The translations under genes were made by a program, and so were the position numbers. This document shows, in pieces, positions 7,475-16,688 of a stretch of 20,445 nt of DNA; the stretch's first letter is position 1; every line of letters begins with the position of its first letter. The stretch is taken from NCBI GenBank assembly GCA_964607485.1, contig CAZSKP010000060.1, positions 1 through 20,445 on the forward strand, given 5' to 3'. Source of the stretch: an uncultured bacterium (GTDB taxonomy: Bacteria > Abyssobacteria > SURF-5). Below the pieces are notes generated by a model. That model did not search any database, was not told the origin of the DNA, and saw only the letters and a list, made by a program, of their open reading frames with translations.

Positions 7475-9652
7475 ATGTCAAAGATCGTAGCGTCGGCGGC
7501 CATCCGCGGAGCTCACTCATGGGTTGAGGAGGCGGAGGCCGATCTCAAAAAGGCAATAGAGGAAAAGGGCGAGGATCAAAAGGTCGAATTCCCCGAAACC
7601 GCTTTTTTCCTTCCAATGGCGTACTCGCTTCTGGGAATGGAAGCGACAACCCTCGGTGATGCGAAGAAGATAATGGCCCGCGCGCGAGAGCTGCTGCCGG
7701 AGGTCCCCAGCGACAAGGTGTGGCTCCCGTATCTCGGCCCGACGCTCGACGCGGGCATCTCCACGCTGCTCGCGACCGAGATGATAACCGCGCTCAGATA
7801 CCTGCGCGGCGAGCTTCCCGCCGAGGGCGACCAGGGGTTCATCTCCGACACCATCCTGCGCTCGCTCGGCATCCAGCTTGTTGACGGCAGAATGCCCGGC
7901 TTCGCGGCCATCCTCGGCTCCGCCCCCACGAACGAAATCGCCGTCAGGGTCGTGCGCGAGCTGCAGCAGCGCAACATCCTCGTGTTCCTCTGCGACCATA
8001 ACAACGGGACCACGATGCGCCAGCAGCTCGAGCAGGAAAACGTCGAGCTCGGCTGGGACACCTACATCGTGCCCCTCGGGCCCGACCTCGCCTCGGGCAT
8101 CTATGCGCTCAACTGGGCCATGCGGGGCGCGCTGACCTTCGGCGGACACAAGCGGGGCGAATTCGTCAAGTGCCTCGAATACCAGCGCGACCGCGTGTTC
8201 GCGTTCGGACTCGTGTTCGGCGAGGTTACCGACAGGCGCTACGCCGTCGGAGCGGGCGCGATCAACATGGGCTTCTGCGTCATCGCCGACACCGAGATAC
8301 CCGAGATTCGGCCCAGCGGAGTGACCCTGTTCGAGGCGCTCGTGCACGAGACCGATTACGAGAAGATAGTGCCCATCTGCATACAGACGCGCGGCGTCAA
8401 GGTGAAGATAGAGAAGGTGCCCATCCCCGTCAACTACGCGGCCGCGTTCGAGGGCGAACGCGTGCGCAAAGACCAGCTTGCGGTCGAGTTCGGCGGCAAG
8501 AAATCCACCGCCTGCGAGTGGCTCCAAATGAAGGACCTGAACGAGGTCGAGGACGGCAAGATCACCGTCGTCGGACCCGACGTGGACACCGTCGAGGACG
8601 GCGGCGCGCTCAATCTCGCGATAGTGGCCGATGTTGCAGGCCGGAAGATGCAGCATGATTTCGAGCCCATCCTCGAGCGCCAGATTCACCACCTCATCAA
8701 CGGCGCGATGGGCGTCATGCACGTCGGCCAGCGCGACATCGTGTGGATTCGCATCAGCAAGGACGCCAAAGCCAAAGGCTTCCGGGTCCGACACCTGGGC
8801 GATATCATCCACGCGAAACTGTTGCAGAACTTCCCAGCCATCGCCGACAAGGTGCAGGTGACCATCTACACGGAAAAAGACAAGGTCTTGGAAATGCTCG
8901 AAAAGGCGAGGAAGAGCTACGCCGAGCGCGACGCACGCGTGGCGGGAATGACGGATGAAAGCGTGGACACGTTCTACTCATGCACGCTGTGTCAGTCGTT
9001 CGCACCCAACCACGTCTGCATCATCAGCCCCGAGCGATTGGGGCTGTGCGGCGCATACAACTGGCTCGACGGCAAGGCCGCCTTCGAGATCAACCCCACC
9101 GGGCCCAACCAGCCCGTCGAAAAGGGAGAGGTCATCGACGCCGAGAAGGGCCAGTGGGACAACGTCAACAAGTTCGTCTATCAGAAATCCAGCAAGAAGA
9201 TCGAACGGTTCAACGCCTACTCGATGATGCAAGACCCGATGACCTCGTGCGGCTGCTTCGAGTGCATCGTGGCGATCGTGCCGGAGGCCAACGGTATAAT
9301 GATCGTCAACCGCGAATATCCCGGCATGACCCCAAGCGGGATGCCGTTCTCCACGCTCGCCAGCACCACCGGCGGCGGGCTGCAGACGCCGGGCTTCCTC
9401 GGGGTCGGCAAGCTGTACATCACGAGCAAAAAGTTCATCTCGGCCGACGGCGGCCTGGCGCGCATCGTGTGGATGCCCAAGGAGCTCAAGGAAACTATCC
9501 GCGAGCCCCTCGAAGCACGCGCGAAGGAGCTCGGACTGGACGATTTCTTCAACAAGATAGCTGACGAGACGATTTGCGACAACGCGGCCGATCTGGTACC
9601 CTATCTGGAGAAGGTTGGTCATCCGGCGCTCACGATGCCGCCGATGTTCTAA
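7475..9652 (+). CDS. acsB: Acetyl-CoA synthase subunit, full-length bacterial type
   Basis: N-terminal FPETAFFLP domain, AFEGERVRK, A-cluster ligands SCTLCQSFAPNHVC..GLCG and MTSCGCFE, GGGLQTPGF, RIVWMPKELK. Confidence 0.97.
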   Translation: MSKIVASAAIRGAHSWVEEAEADLKKAIEEKGEDQKVEFPETAFFLPMAYSLLGMEATTLGDAKKIMARARELLPEVPSDKVWLPYLGPTLDAGISTLLATEMITALRYLRGELPAEGDQGFISDTILRSLGIQLVDGRMPGFAAILGSAPTNEIAVRVVRELQQRNILVFLCDHNNGTTMRQQLEQENVELGWDTYIVPLGPDLASGIYALNWAMRGALTFGGHKRGEFVKCLEYQRDRVFAFGLVFGEVTDRRYAVGAGAINMGFCVIADTEIPEIRPSGVTLFEALVHETDYEKIVPICIQTRGVKVKIEKVPIPVNYAAAFEGERVRKDQLAVEFGGKKSTACEWLQMKDLNEVEDGKITVVGPDVDTVEDGGALNLAIVADVAGRKMQHDFEPILERQIHHLINGAMGVMHVGQRDIVWIRISKDAKAKGFRVRHLGDIIHAKLLQNFPAIADKVQVTIYTEKDKVLEMLEKARKSYAERDARVAGMTDESVDTFYSCTLCQSFAPNHVCIISPERLGLCGAYNWLDGKAAFEINPTGPNQPVEKGEVIDAEKGQWDNVNKFVYQKSSKKIERFNAYSMMQDPMTSCGCFECIVAIVPEANGIMIVNREYPGMTPSGMPFSTLASTTGGGLQTPGFLGVGKLYITSKKFISADGGLARIVWMPKELKETIREPLEARAKELGLDDFFNKIADETICDNAADLVPYLEKVGHPALTMPPMF

Positions 9653-9744
9653 ATACAATCTGACAGGGTTGCGGGTTAATCTGAAATGGCGGTCCATACG
9701 ACGGTCCTGCCCGTGGGCTGCCGTACATCAAAGGAGAAGTGTAC

Positions 9745-11088
9745 ATGGCACTAACAGGTCTGGACATCTACAAACTGCTGCCGAAAACCAACTGTGGTGA
9801 ATGCAAATCGCCGACTTGTCTTGCCTTCGCTATGCGCGTCGCTCAAAAGCAGGCCGCAATCGAAGAGTGCCCCTACGTGACCGACGAGGCGAAAGACAAA
9901 CTGGGCGCCGCCTCGGCGCCGCCGGTGCAACTGGTGACCATAGGCGCCGGCGACTTCAAAGTCGAGGTCGGCAACGAAACCGTCCTGTTCAGGCACGAGG
10001 AGACGTTTCACCACCCGGCGGGCATCGCCGTGACGGTTTCCGACAGCCTGTCGGAACAGGAAATCGGCGCGCGCGCCGACAAGATAGTTCACCTCATATT
10101 CGAGCGTGTCGGCACGAAGATAGCCGTCGATATGGTGTGCGTGATGAACGATTCGGGCGACTCGGCCAAGTTCGCGGCCGCCACGAAGATAATCGCCGAT
10201 AAGTGTCCCATGGCGATAATACTCGCCAGCGACAATCCCGAAGCCCTGAAGGCTGCGGTCGAGGTGTGCGCCGACAAGCGCCCGCTGCTCTGCGGCGCGA
10301 ACGCGTCCAACTGCGAGGCCGTCGCCGCGCTCGCGAAGGAAAAGAACTGTCCCGTCGTCGCCAGGGCCGATGGGCTCGAAGCCCTCGCCGACCTGACGCA
10401 GAAAATAGCCGCTGCGGGCGTCAAAGAGATAGTCGTCAATTCCGACAACCGCAACGTGCGTGAGACGGTCGAGGACCTGACGAAGGTGCGCCGCTACGCG
10501 CTGAGGAAAAACTTCCGGCCGCTCGGCTATCCGCAGCTTGCGTGCGCGACAGGTGGCGACGACCCGATGCTCACCGTGCTCGAAGCCGCCAACTACGTTG
10601 CGAAGTACGCCGGTATCGTCGTGACCGACGCGATAGAGCCCTGGCAGTTGATGCCGCTTCTGACCGTCAGGCAGAACATATACACCGACCCCAGAAAACC
10701 CATGCAGGTGCAGCCGGGAATCCACAAGGTGGGCGAGCCGACCTCGGCCTCGCCGCTGCTGCTGACGACGAATTTCTCGCTCACCTACTACACGGTCGAA
10801 GGGGAAGTCGAAGGCTCGAAGGTGCCGACCGACATACTCGTGGTTGACACTGAGGGCACGTCGGTTCTGACCGCGTGGGCGGCAGAGAAGTTCACCACCG
10901 AGCAGATCGCGGCCGCGATGAAGAAGTATGAAGTCGAGGCGGTGGCCGCTCACAAGAAGATCGTCATTCCCGGCCTGATCGCAGTCGAAAGCGGCAAGCT
11001 GCAGGAGGAAACCGGCTGGGAGGTTATAGTCGGTCCCAAAGAGGCGTCCGCAATCCCCTCATATCTCAAAGCCAATTGGGGCGGCTGA
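9745..11088 (+). CDS. acsC: Corrinoid Fe-S protein large subunit
   Basis: AAGGAG SD then MALTGLDIYKLLPKTNCGECKSPTCLAFA..CP. GNETVLFRHE, RQNIYTDP, TTNFSLTYY, SVLTAWAA, VGPKEAS. Confidence 0.97.
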   Translation: MALTGLDIYKLLPKTNCGECKSPTCLAFAMRVAQKQAAIEECPYVTDEAKDKLGAASAPPVQLVTIGAGDFKVEVGNETVLFRHEETFHHPAGIAVTVSDSLSEQEIGARADKIVHLIFERVGTKIAVDMVCVMNDSGDSAKFAAATKIIADKCPMAIILASDNPEALKAAVEVCADKRPLLCGANASNCEAVAALAKEKNCPVVARADGLEALADLTQKIAAAGVKEIVVNSDNRNVRETVEDLTKVRRYALRKNFRPLGYPQLACATGGDDPMLTVLEAANYVAKYAGIVVTDAIEPWQLMPLLTVRQNIYTDPRKPMQVQPGIHKVGEPTSASPLLLTTNFSLTYYTVEGEVEGSKVPTDILVVDTEGTSVLTAWAAEKFTTEQIAAAMKKYEVEAVAAHKKIVIPGLIAVESGKLQEETGWEVIVGPKEASAIPSYLKANWGG

Positions 11089-11092
11089 GACC

Positions 11093-12997
11093 TTGGCTCA
11101 ATACAACATCACATTCTTGCCCGACGGCAAGGTGGCGACCGCCGGCTCCGAGGATACCATTCTCGACGCCGCTCAGCGGGCGGGCGTTTACGTTTATTCG
11201 CTTTGCGGCGGCGACATGATCTGCGGCAAGTGCCGGGTCGTCGTCAAAGAGGGGCAGGTGTTCGAAGAGCAGCACATGCTGCTCTCGCGCGAGGAGGTTC
11301 GGCTTAACTACGTGCTTGCCTGCGCGAGCCATCCGCGCAGCGACCTTGTGGTCGAGATTCCCATCGAGTCGCGGATGGAAGGCAAGCAGATCGTCGTTGA
11401 CGAGGACGCCCAGAGGTTCAGCGGCCTGGCCCGCGTGGACCTGGAAAAATACGAGTTCGAGCATTCCCCGCTCACCGAGAAGCTCTTCCTGGACATACCT
11501 CCCCCTTCGCTCGAGGACAGCCTGTCCGATCTCAGCCGGCTTTTCCGTTCGATACGGACCCACGTGGACGCGCCGATAATGCAGACGGGCCTCAAGAATA
11601 TCCGCCGGCTTCCTCAGATACTCCGGCGGGGAGACTGGAAGGTCACCTGCACGCTCGGCCAGAGGGGCGGCACTGTCGAGGTGATAGAAATAGAGGAGGG
11701 CGACACATCGAGCAGGAACTACGGCGTGGCGGTCGATGTCGGCACGACAACCGTGGTAGCGCATCTCATCGACTTGAGCACCTCCAAGATTCTCGCCACC
11801 GACGCGACGTACAACTCGCAGATAGCCTTTGGCGAGGACGTCATCACGAGGCTCATCTACGCCAAGGAGGAGGTGGCTGGCCGCGAGCGGCTCCACGAGG
11901 CCATCATCGGCAACATCAACATGCTGATTAACAACACGGTCACGGCGGCCGACGTGAACATTCAGGACGTTACCTGCGTGCTCTGTGCGGGCAACACGAC
12001 GATGATGCACTTTCTGCTCGACCTCGATTCTTCCAACATCAGACGCGAGCCCTACATTCCCGCCGCCACTCACATTCCGCCCGCCAGGGCCATCGAGGTG
12101 GGCATACAGATAAACCCGCGCGGGCTGCTCTACACGGCGCCCGGCGTCAGCAGCTACGTGGGCAGCGACATCGTATCCGGTGTCCTGGCGTCGGGAATCT
12201 ATCGCACGCCGGAGCTCTCGATGCTCATCGACGTGGGCACGAACGGCGAGATCGTCATCGGCAACAACGAATGGCTGATGTGCTGTTCGGCTTCCGCGGG
12301 GCCGGCGTTCGAGGGCGGCGAGGTGAAGTTCGGCATGCGGGCCACACACGGGGCCATCGAGAAGGTGAAGGTGCTCCAAGGCGGCGAGGTCGTGGAGACG
12401 GTCGTCATCGGACACGAGAAGCCTCGGGGCATCTGCGGCTCGGGGCTGATCGACGTCATATCCGAGCTGCGGCGGGAGGGCGTGGTCGACAGGACGGCCA
12501 AATTCTCCCAGCCCGGCTACTGCAGCCGGCTCAGACGGACCGACGACGTGACCGAATTTGTGCTTGCATACGCCCCCGAGACGGCGATAGGCCGTGACAT
12601 CGTGATCACGCAGCCCGATATCGACAACCTCGTGAGGTCGAAGGCCGCCGTGTTTGCGGGCACATCGGTGATCATCAAGAGCCTCGACCTTGAGTTCGAC
12701 GACATGAAGCACCTGTTCATTGCGGGCGGCTTCGGCAACTATCTCGACCTTCCGGGCGCTGTGGCCGTCGGGCTCCTGCCCGACATTCCGCTCGAAAAGA
12801 TAAGGTTTATCGGCAACAGTTCGCTCAGCGGAGCCAAGCTGGCGATACTCTCCAGAGAGGCATACGACGAGGTGGAAAAGATAGCTCAGAAGATGACCTA
12901 CATTGACCTGAGCAGCAACAGGCAGTTCATGGACGAATACAGTTCGGCCCTGTTCCTGCCCCACACCAATCTGGAGCTGTTTCCGTCGGTGTTGTAG
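11093..12997 (+). CDS. acsV: ATP-dependent reductive activator of corrinoid Fe-S protein (RACo/AcsV, ASKHA family with N-terminal [2Fe-2S])
   Basis: CGGDMICGKC..LAC ferredoxin domain, AVDVGTTTV, GNTTMMH, IDVGTNGE, AGPAFEGG, GICGSG, AGGFGNY, FLPHT. TTG start is uncertain. Confidence 0.92.
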   Translation: MAQYNITFLPDGKVATAGSEDTILDAAQRAGVYVYSLCGGDMICGKCRVVVKEGQVFEEQHMLLSREEVRLNYVLACASHPRSDLVVEIPIESRMEGKQIVVDEDAQRFSGLARVDLEKYEFEHSPLTEKLFLDIPPPSLEDSLSDLSRLFRSIRTHVDAPIMQTGLKNIRRLPQILRRGDWKVTCTLGQRGGTVEVIEIEEGDTSSRNYGVAVDVGTTTVVAHLIDLSTSKILATDATYNSQIAFGEDVITRLIYAKEEVAGRERLHEAIIGNINMLINNTVTAADVNIQDVTCVLCAGNTTMMHFLLDLDSSNIRREPYIPAATHIPPARAIEVGIQINPRGLLYTAPGVSSYVGSDIVSGVLASGIYRTPELSMLIDVGTNGEIVIGNNEWLMCCSASAGPAFEGGEVKFGMRATHGAIEKVKVLQGGEVVETVVIGHEKPRGICGSGLIDVISELRREGVVDRTAKFSQPGYCSRLRRTDDVTEFVLAYAPETAIGRDIVITQPDIDNLVRSKAAVFAGTSVIIKSLDLEFDDMKHLFIAGGFGNYLDLPGAVAVGLLPDIPLEKIRFIGNSSLSGAKLAILSREAYDEVEKIAQKMTYIDLSSNRQFMDEYSSALFLPHTNLELFPSVL

Positions 12998-13051
12998 TAA
13001 CGGGAAAAACGGTGAAGTCTTGCATACGTTCAATGAGAAACGGAGGAGCTT

Positions 13052-14005
13052 ATGGACAGCGTAGTTGAAAAGTGGACCACGAAGGTGAACACCGTCACTC
13101 TCGGCGCCACAAAGGACAAGGGCGGCACACGCGAGAAGACGGTCACCATCGGCGGAAGCAGCACGTTGCCGTATCTGAATTTCGAGGGACAATGGCCCAA
13201 CCCGCCCGCGATAGCCATAGAGATATGGGACGTAAAGCCGACGGATTGGCCCGCGCCGCTCGCCGACGCCTACAGCGACGTGTGGGACGACCCGGCGAAG
13301 TGGGCCAAGAAGGCCGTCGAGTACGGAGCCGAGCTGATATGCCTGACGCTCAAGGGCACGCACCCCGACTTCGACAACCGTTCGCCCGACGAGACGGCGG
13401 GCGTGGTGAAAGACGTGCTCGGTGCCGTCGGCGTGCCGCTCATCATATGGGGCTGCGGCGATTTCGACAAGGACAACAACGTCATGCCGCGCGTGAGCGA
13501 GGTGGCCAAGGGAGAGAACTGCCTGCTCGGAACCGCCGTGGAGAAGAACTACAAGACGCTCACGGCATCGTGCCTGGCGGACGGACACAAGATAATCGGC
13601 GAGTCGCCTCTCGACATCAACATCGCCAAGCAGGTGAACATCCTCATCTCCGAGATGGGATTCAAGCTGGAAGACATCGTGGTGTTTCCCGCAACGGGCG
13701 CACTCGGCTACGGCATAGAGTACAGCTACTCGATCATGGAGCGCGGCCGCACGGCCGGGCTCTCGGGCGACAAGATGCTCGCGCAGCCCGTCATCTGCAC
13801 GGTCGGCCCCGAGACGTGGCGCGTCAAAGAGGCGAAGAGCTCCGAGCAGGAGTTTCCGACTTGGGGCGAGCTGAAAAAGAGAGGGCCGCTCTGGGAGGCG
13901 ACCTGCGCGGCCACGCTGCTCCAGGCGGGGGGCGAAATCATGGTCATGCGTCATCCCGACGCCGTCAAGAGCTTCAAGAGTCTGGTACAAAAGTTCACCT
14001 CATGA
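13052..14005 (+). CDS. acsD: Corrinoid Fe-S protein small subunit
   Basis: VTIGG..LPYLNFEG, DDPAKWAKK, VPLIIWG, SPLDINIAKQVN, GALGYGIEYSYSIMER, GDKML, VMRHP. Confidence 0.96.
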   Translation: MDSVVEKWTTKVNTVTLGATKDKGGTREKTVTIGGSSTLPYLNFEGQWPNPPAIAIEIWDVKPTDWPAPLADAYSDVWDDPAKWAKKAVEYGAELICLTLKGTHPDFDNRSPDETAGVVKDVLGAVGVPLIIWGCGDFDKDNNVMPRVSEVAKGENCLLGTAVEKNYKTLTASCLADGHKIIGESPLDINIAKQVNILISEMGFKLEDIVVFPATGALGYGIEYSYSIMERGRTAGLSGDKMLAQPVICTVGPETWRVKEAKSSEQEFPTWGELKKRGPLWEATCAATLLQAGGEIMVMRHPDAVKSFKSLVQKFTS

Positions 14006-14078
14006 CCCGACTGCCGCGTCGGGGAGAAACGTCTCGTCGTTCGAGACTTTCGTGGAAGAGGCACACAAGGAGGAGAGA

Positions 14079-14885
14079 ATGTTCGTAATCGGCGAGAGAT
14101 TGAACGGCATGTTCCTGGATGTCAAGAAAGGCATCCAGGCCAAAGACAAGTCGATCATCCAGAAAGTGGCGCTCGATCAGGTGAAGGCGGGCGCGAATGC
14201 GTTGGATGTCTGTGTCGGCCCCGCGTCGGATAAGCCGCTTGAAACAATGGTGTGGCTTGTCGAGAGCATCCAGGAGGTGACCGACATCACCCTCAGCATC
14301 GACACCCCGAGATTCGAGGTCATGAAGGCGGGGCTCAAGGCGTGCAAGAATCCGAAGCTTATGAACTCGAGCAAGGGCGAAGAGGAAAAGCTGGACAAAT
14401 ATATGGCCCTTGCGGCGGAGCACAACGCCTCCATCATCGGCCTGTGCATCAATGAGAAGGGAATCCCGAAGGATGTCAACGGCCGGGTCGAGACCGCCGC
14501 GCTCATTGCCATGAAGGCGATGGAACACGGCGTTGATACGGATAAGCTTTTTATCGACCCGATCGTGATGCCGACCAATGTCGCGCAGGACCAGGCGCTC
14601 ATCGTGCTGCAGGCCATGTCGCAGTTCAGGATGCTGAGCGACCCTCCCCCTCACATCGTCGTCGGCCTGAGCAACCTGGGGCAGGGCGCGAAGGAGAGGG
14701 AGCTCCTGACACGCACGTGGATAGTGATGGGCGTATTGAACGGGCTCGACGCCGCCATCATGGACGCCGCCGATGAAGAGATGAAGCGAGCGTTCATCAC
14801 GGCCGAGCTTCTGATGAACAAGGCCATCTACAGCGACTCGTACATCAAGGCGTACAGCGCGAGCCACGACCACAGCCAAAAGTGA
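14079..14885 (+). CDS. acsE: Methyl-THF:corrinoid Fe-S protein methyltransferase
   Basis: AGGAGG SD then MFVIGERLNGMF; pterin-binding barrel motifs SIDT, MNS, IDP, GLSN, GLDAAI. Confidence 0.94.
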   Translation: MFVIGERLNGMFLDVKKGIQAKDKSIIQKVALDQVKAGANALDVCVGPASDKPLETMVWLVESIQEVTDITLSIDTPRFEVMKAGLKACKNPKLMNSSKGEEEKLDKYMALAAEHNASIIGLCINEKGIPKDVNGRVETAALIAMKAMEHGVDTDKLFIDPIVMPTNVAQDQALIVLQAMSQFRMLSDPPPHIVVGLSNLGQGAKERELLTRTWIVMGVLNGLDAAIMDAADEEMKRAFITAELLMNKAIYSDSYIKAYSASHDHSQK

Positions 14886-14961
14886 CACGGTCAACGACGG
14901 CCGGGATGTGAGAACACGCGCGGCGGGCTCATCCCCGTCGCGATTCAGGCTCTGACATGCG

Positions 14962-14988
14962 GGGCGCAGCATGCTGCGCCCTTTAGTT
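14962..14988 (+). terminator. Palindromic hairpin, probable terminator of the acs operon
   Basis: Perfect 20-nt palindrome GGGCGCAGCATGCTGCGCCC followed by TTTAGTT. Confidence 0.55.
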
Positions 14989-15043
14989 CAGTCTGGTTAG
15001 GTGCATCGGAAAGTCCAACGGTCTCATATTAAGAGGTGTGCGT

Positions 15044-15460
15044 TTGAACAACAAAAAGGAAATGACGCTCGCGATAGTGAAGCCGGACGGTTTCGAGAAA
15101 CGTCTCGTCGGCAAGATAATACAGCGGTATGAAGAAGCGGGGCTCAACCTCGTGGCGATACAACGGCTTGTGCTCACCTGCCAGAAGGCTGAGGGCTTCT
15201 ACGCCGTCCACAAGGAGCGCCCGTTCTTTCCCTCGCTCATCGAGTTCATGACCTCCGGCCCGGTCGTCGTGATGGCATGGAGCGGCGAAGGCGCGATCGA
15301 CAAGGTGCGCGAGCTCAACGGAGCAACCAACCCGAAAGAGGCCGCGCCCGGCACGATTCGCGCGCTCTGGGGCGGGGACATCCAGAACAACATCGTGCAC
15401 GGCTCCGACGGCCTCGACACTGCCAAGTTCGAAGTCAAGTACTTCTTTCCCGAGCTCTGA
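15044..15460 (+). CDS. ndk: Nucleoside diphosphate kinase
   Basis: TLAIVKPDG, FYAVHKERPFF, FMTSGP, GATNP..AAPGTIR, NIVHGSD (catalytic His). TTG start chosen from the GAGGTG SD; GTG 15038 is the alternative. Confidence 0.97.
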   Translation: MNNKKEMTLAIVKPDGFEKRLVGKIIQRYEEAGLNLVAIQRLVLTCQKAEGFYAVHKERPFFPSLIEFMTSGPVVVMAWSGEGAIDKVRELNGATNPKEAAPGTIRALWGGDIQNNIVHGSDGLDTAKFEVKYFFPEL

Positions 15461-15588
15461 CGCTCCCGACCGACCGGCAGGGGGAACCACACGGAAATTC
15501 GTGCCCCGGCTCGCAGAGGCCGGAACGCCCGTCACCAGCCCGCCGGAGAAATCCCTCTCAAAATGAGCCCGCGCACACCGGCGCGCGC

Positions 15589-15618
15589 TTGACGTCAGAC
15601 CCCCAGAGAGGATATAAT
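15589..15618 (+). promoter_or_regulatory. sigma70 promoter
   Basis: TTGACG (15589-15594), 18 nt, TATAAT (15613-15618), upstream of an AAGGAGG SD. Confidence 0.8.
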
Positions 15619-15646
15619 AATGAGCTGTTTGAAAGGAGGGAGGCCT

Positions 15647-15742
15647 ATGCCCTGTTTGCGCAAGCGGCGGCGGAAGAAAATAGCGAAACACAAGCGCAAG
15701 AAGAAGATGCGCGCCAACCGCCACAAGAAGAAGAATCGCTAA
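15647..15742 (+). CDS. Small basic protein, AURKAIP1/COX24 (bS22/mS38-like ribosomal protein) family, 31 aa
   Basis: MPCLRKRRRKKIAKHKRKKKMRANRHKKKNR, with its own promoter and strong SD. Pattern matches the KRxxKxxxHKRKKxxRxNRHKKK family signature. Too short for the ORF track. Confidence 0.85.
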   Translation: MPCLRKRRRKKIAKHKRKKKMRANRHKKKNR

Positions 15743-15786
15743 GAAGGCTTCAAGGGTAGCTTTTGTCTATAGAGAGCAGTAAGCAG

Positions 15787-16656
15787 ATGAAACTGAGAAT
15801 AGGATTGCCCAAAGGCAGTCTGCAAGAAGCCACCCGAGAGCTGTTTCGGCGAGCCGGCTATTCGATTGTCTTCAGTGAACGCTCATACTATCCCGCTATC
15901 GACGACCCCGAGATCGAGCCGCTCCTCATAAGGTCGCAGGAGATACCTCGATACGTGGACCATGGGATACTCGATGTGGGAATAGCGGGCACCGATATGA
16001 TCGAGGAAGACGACGCCGACGTCGTCCGGGTGGCGAATCTCGCGTACTCGAAACAGAGCCAGAGCTCGGTGAGATGGGTGCTGGCGGTGCCGGAGGAGTC
16101 TGACTTCAAGTCGGTCTCCGACCTCGACGGCAAGACGATTGCGACCGAGCTCGTCAATACCACCAAGAAATATCTGAAACGCAACGGCGTACGAGCGACT
16201 GTCGAGTTCTCGTGGGGAGCGACAGAGGTCAAAGCGCCCGATTTGGCCGACGCGATAGTCGAGCTGACCGAGACGGGTACGTCGCTCCGCGCCAACGGCC
16301 TCAGGATTATCGATGTCGTCACCGAATCGCAGACATGTTTCTTTGCGAACAAGCGTTCGTGGGAGGATCCCTGGAAACGTCAGAAGGCCGAACACCTCGT
16401 CACCCTCCTGCAGGGCGCGCTCAACGCTATGGGAATGGTCGGCCTCAAGATGAACGTTAATCGTTCCGACCTGGGCAAGGTGCTCTCCGAACTGCCGGCG
16501 CTCAAGAATCCCACCATCTCAAACCTGAGCGACCCCGGCTGGGTGGCGGTCGAGACCGCGCTGGAGGAGAAGGTTGTCCGCGAGATCGTGCCGAAGCTCA
16601 AGAACGCCGGCGCTCAGGGGATAATCGAGTTTCCTCTAACCAAGGTGATCTACTAG
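15787..16656 (+). CDS. hisG: ATP phosphoribosyltransferase, long form with C-terminal regulatory domain
   Basis: [72 protein letters not shown]. Alternative TTG start at 15763. Confidence 0.96.
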   Translation: MKLRIGLPKGSLQEATRELFRRAGYSIVFSERSYYPAIDDPEIEPLLIRSQEIPRYVDHGILDVGIAGTDMIEEDDADVVRVANLAYSKQSQSSVRWVLAVPEESDFKSVSDLDGKTIATELVNTTKKYLKRNGVRATVEFSWGATEVKAPDLADAIVELTETGTSLRANGLRIIDVVTESQTCFFANKRSWEDPWKRQKAEHLVTLLQGALNAMGMVGLKMNVNRSDLGKVLSELPALKNPTISNLSDPGWVAVETALEEKVVREIVPKLKNAGAQGIIEFPLTKVIY

Positions 16657-16688
16657 CGCGTCCGCCCGACGGGCGGAGGAGCATTCTC

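Noticed and set aside
11066..13990. 974-aa minus-strand ORF and other long antisense ORFs (1750-3537, 4549-6273, 7517-8812, 9751-10953, 18966-20402)
   Set aside because: They lie antisense to well-conserved genes and show no recognisable motifs. They are shadow ORFs expected from GC-rich codon bias.
15461..15588. GC-rich spacer after ndk as a possible ncRNA or tRNA
   Set aside because: No tRNA arms or recognisable RNA-family motifs; only short chance-level hairpins.
15647..15742. His-attenuator leader peptide upstream of hisG
   Set aside because: Only two non-adjacent His codons, no terminator/antiterminator before hisG, and the peptide matches the bS22/COX24 pattern.
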